The notes under the pieces: generated by a model | Seen by the model: only the letters and a program-made list of their open reading frames with translations | The model's database searches: none | What the model was told of the DNA's origin: nothing | Assembly (NCBI GenBank): GCA_051294375.1 | Contig: JBJCIZ010001295.1 | Span: 1 to 9,559 of the forward strand | Direction: 5' to 3' | Source of the DNA: Paraspadella gotoi | Lineage: Eukaryota > Animalia > Chaetognatha | Length of the DNA stretch: 9,559 nt | Position numbers and translations under genes: made by a program | Shown here: positions 7,471 through 9,559 of the stretch, piece by piece | Layout of the letters: each line of letters begins with the position of its first letter | How positions within the stretch are numbered: the first letter of the stretch is position 1

Positions 7471-7642
7471 ACGAACAGGGCCGGCCTTCAAGCGGGAACG
7501 ACAACGGATCATTATGTTCTCTGAGGTGAGATTGGGAGAAAGATTTCAGGATTAAGCTATTTGCCCAATCCGCTCACGCCATTTTCCCTATCTATCCCTC
7601 ACGTTCCCCACGTTTCCGGCAACGACGGAGTAGAGAAACTCG

Positions 7643-8707
7643 ATGAGTGGGTCGGACCTTCGCTCCCGACTCCGTTCCGCCAATCGGGACGCCGACGACG
7701 CCGCAAGGTTGCAGCTGCCATTCGGGTTTGGCAGAGGCCACCGCTCACGATCGACATCGCCTGCTTTCGCCGACGTGGCGCCAGTATTCAGCTACCAAAC
7801 GACCGGAACGCAGAGCAACGACATGGCGACAGCCGGCGCCACTCCAAGGAACATTCAAGACGAGAATGACGAGCTTCGCGCCGCCCTCGCCGCCGCTACA
7901 CGAGCCCTCGAACGGGCGTCAAATCGTAAGCCCGATCTTCCCGATTTCGATGTTTCAAATATCGAAATTTGGATCAAGCGTGTAGAAGCGGCGTACACGC
8001 GAGCCGGCGTCACCACTCCAAAGAACAAATTCGCGCACCTCGAGTCGAAAATTGGCATCAACGTCGACCCGACCATCAACCAATACTTATTCGGCGACGC
8101 TACTGAGGAATCATGGAGACAGTTCATAGCATACCTCAGAAAGGAATATGGTCTCACAAAGCGTCAACAAGCTGCAAATCTGCTCGACACCCTCGACGTC
8201 GACGCCGTCAAGCCTTCAAAGATGCTCGCACAACTTGAAGAGAAGACCAAGACCCTCAGTTTAGATGACGTGAGGAAAGAAAAAATCATTCGCGAGATGC
8301 CATTAGAGATTCGACGTCAGCTAGAAGACAAGGCCGACGACTTGACAGCGCACGAATTATGTCAACTCGCTGACAAATACTTCGACAACGAAGGCAACTT
8401 GAAAGTTCGCCAAACGACATCCCTCGTCAGCAATATCGAGAGGAATCAGCGCGATCAACTCGACAGCGATTCTGATGACGAGGAGACGATCAACGCTGTC
8501 GATGCCCGCCCACGTAGGCAGGCTAACAACAAACGACGACCAGCTCCAAATCAGAAGGGACGAAGCAAAGCTAAGCTTACGACGTTGTGCGCTAAGCACA
8601 TAAAATTTGGCGACGAGGCGTGGTCGTGCGACCCCGGGTGCGCAAAATATGACGAGCTACAAAAGAAAAAGAAAGAGGGAAACGGAAAAGGGGGTCGACG
8701 ACGGTGA
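7643..8707 (+). CDS. gag: Gag polyprotein, 354 aa, CsRn1/Kabuki type
   Basis: ATG-to-TGA ORF after the PBS/leader. LPDF...IWIKRVEAAY...GVT...KF resembles the N-terminal capsid region of this clade. Zinc knuckle CAKHIKFGDEAWSCDPGC (C-X2-H-X9-C-X3-C) at 8588-8641. Confidence 0.92.
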   Translation: MSGSDLRSRLRSANRDADDAARLQLPFGFGRGHRSRSTSPAFADVAPVFSYQTTGTQSNDMATAGATPRNIQDENDELRAALAAATRALERASNRKPDLPDFDVSNIEIWIKRVEAAYTRAGVTTPKNKFAHLESKIGINVDPTINQYLFGDATEESWRQFIAYLRKEYGLTKRQQAANLLDTLDVDAVKPSKMLAQLEEKTKTLSLDDVRKEKIIREMPLEIRRQLEDKADDLTAHELCQLADKYFDNEGNLKVRQTTSLVSNIERNQRDQLDSDSDDEETINAVDARPRRQANNKRRPAPNQKGRSKAKLTTLCAKHIKFGDEAWSCDPGCAKYDELQKKKKEGNGKGGRRR

Positions 8708-8741
8708 ACGCCGTCCCCCAAGCATCCCAATCACCGGCGTC
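8677..8741 (+). promoter_or_regulatory. Programmed -1 ribosomal frameshift signal (G_GGA_AAC, 6-nt spacer, downstream structure)
   Basis: X_XXY_YYZ heptamer at 8677-8683 is in the correct gag phase; gag and pol overlap in the -1 register; GGGGG (8690-8694) can pair with CCCCC (8715-8719). Confidence 0.85.
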
Positions 8742-9559
8742 AAATGATCTTATCTTTATTCGGGACGCCGGGGATCGCACAAAGTGGCTAGTAGACGGAG
8801 GTGCCTTGTTATCTATAGTTCCACCCACAAGAGAACAAAGAAGTCGTGGAGTCGATCAAAATATGAAACTCCAAGCAGCAAACGGCTCAGCAATAGCATG
8901 TTATGGCACCGTGGACAGAACGGTACAATTAGGAAATAGGAAATTTGAATATACTTTTGTCGTGGCAGATGTCAAACAAAATATTCTTGGAGCCGATTTT
9001 TTGGCAGAAAATTTTCTTGCTCCCAATCACCGCGACGGCCTATTAATTGATCTCCAAGACTACTCGACGATAGCGGCGTCGATTTCGAATGAATCAACAG
9101 CCCACGTCAACTTCGTAGATCGCAAGGGAGAAAAGTTCTACAAGCTTCTGGAATCGTTCCCCTCTCTCTCGACACCTACCTTCGAATTGAAGGAACCAAA
9201 ACATGGCGTGACCCACTCGATTCCAACCGAGGGGCGCCCATGTCAAGCACGAGCTCGCCGACTCGACCCAGAAAAGCTCGCAGTGGCTAAGCGAGAGCTG
9301 GAGAAGATGGTATCCTTAGGGATAGCCAAAAGGGGGAAGTCCGAATGGTCTTCCCCACTCCACGTAGTCTCCAAGCCGGACGGAGGTTGGCGATGTTGTG
9401 GAGACTATCGCCGCCTCAACGCACAAACAGTCGACGATAGATATCCAGTGAAACTTCTTTCCGACTTCAATTCACAGCTGGAGGGCAAGACGATTTTTTC
9501 GAAAATCGACTTGCTCAAAGGCTATCACCAAATACCTGTGAACGAAGACGACGTGAAGA
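8677..9559 (+). CDS. pol: Pol of unit 2 (protease and RT N-terminus), -1 frame relative to gag, 3' partial
   Basis: Manual translation is open from 8677 to the window end: LIFIRD...WLVDGGALLSIVP...LQAANGSAIACYG...FVVADVKQNILGADFL...SEWSSPLHVVSKPDGGWRCCGDYRRLN...DRYP...IFSKIDLLKGYHQIPV. Confidence 0.95.

Larger units (their letters stand above)
6821..9559 (+). mobile_element. Unit 2 of the same retrotransposon (partial; continues beyond the window)
   Basis: 7455-9559 repeats 1252-~3448: PBS, leader, gag, protease and RT start, with open frames. Confidence 0.93.

Noticed and set aside
7561-7985. Alternative-frame ORFs overlapping the gag 5' end (7561-7869, 7647-7985)
   Set aside because: Non-ATG starts in GC-rich sequence with few stops; gag explains the region.

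Overview
Eukaryotic, probably invertebrate, DNA almost entirely occupied by a Ty3/Gypsy LTR retrotransposon of the CsRn1/Kabuki-like clade. It is arranged as a head-to-tail tandem sharing one LTR: degenerate satellite (1-599), LTR-A (600-1251), PBS, gag-pol unit 1, PPT, LTR-B (6821-7454), PBS, gag-pol unit 2 (runs off the window). The period is about 6.2 kb. Clade evidence is the Gag C-X2-H-X9-C-X3-C knuckle, a tRNA-Trp-like PBS, PR-RT-RH-IN order with a GPY motif, and a G_GGA_AAC -1 frameshift site. The first ~3.4 kb is full of small indels relative to unit 2, which looks like long-read error rather than decay. Unusual features: a 75-nt antisense tRNA-like module in each LTR with a perfect Pol III B box and a CTCCAGA (Trp-type) loop; a protease site reading DGG instead of DT/SG in both units; a ~140-aa repeat insert between RNase H and integrase; competing RNA structures after the slippery site; a 15-bp hairpin just after the pol stop; and an apparent empty copy of the insertion site within the flank. 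All calls come from reading the sequence by eye; no searches were run, and the host cannot be identified.
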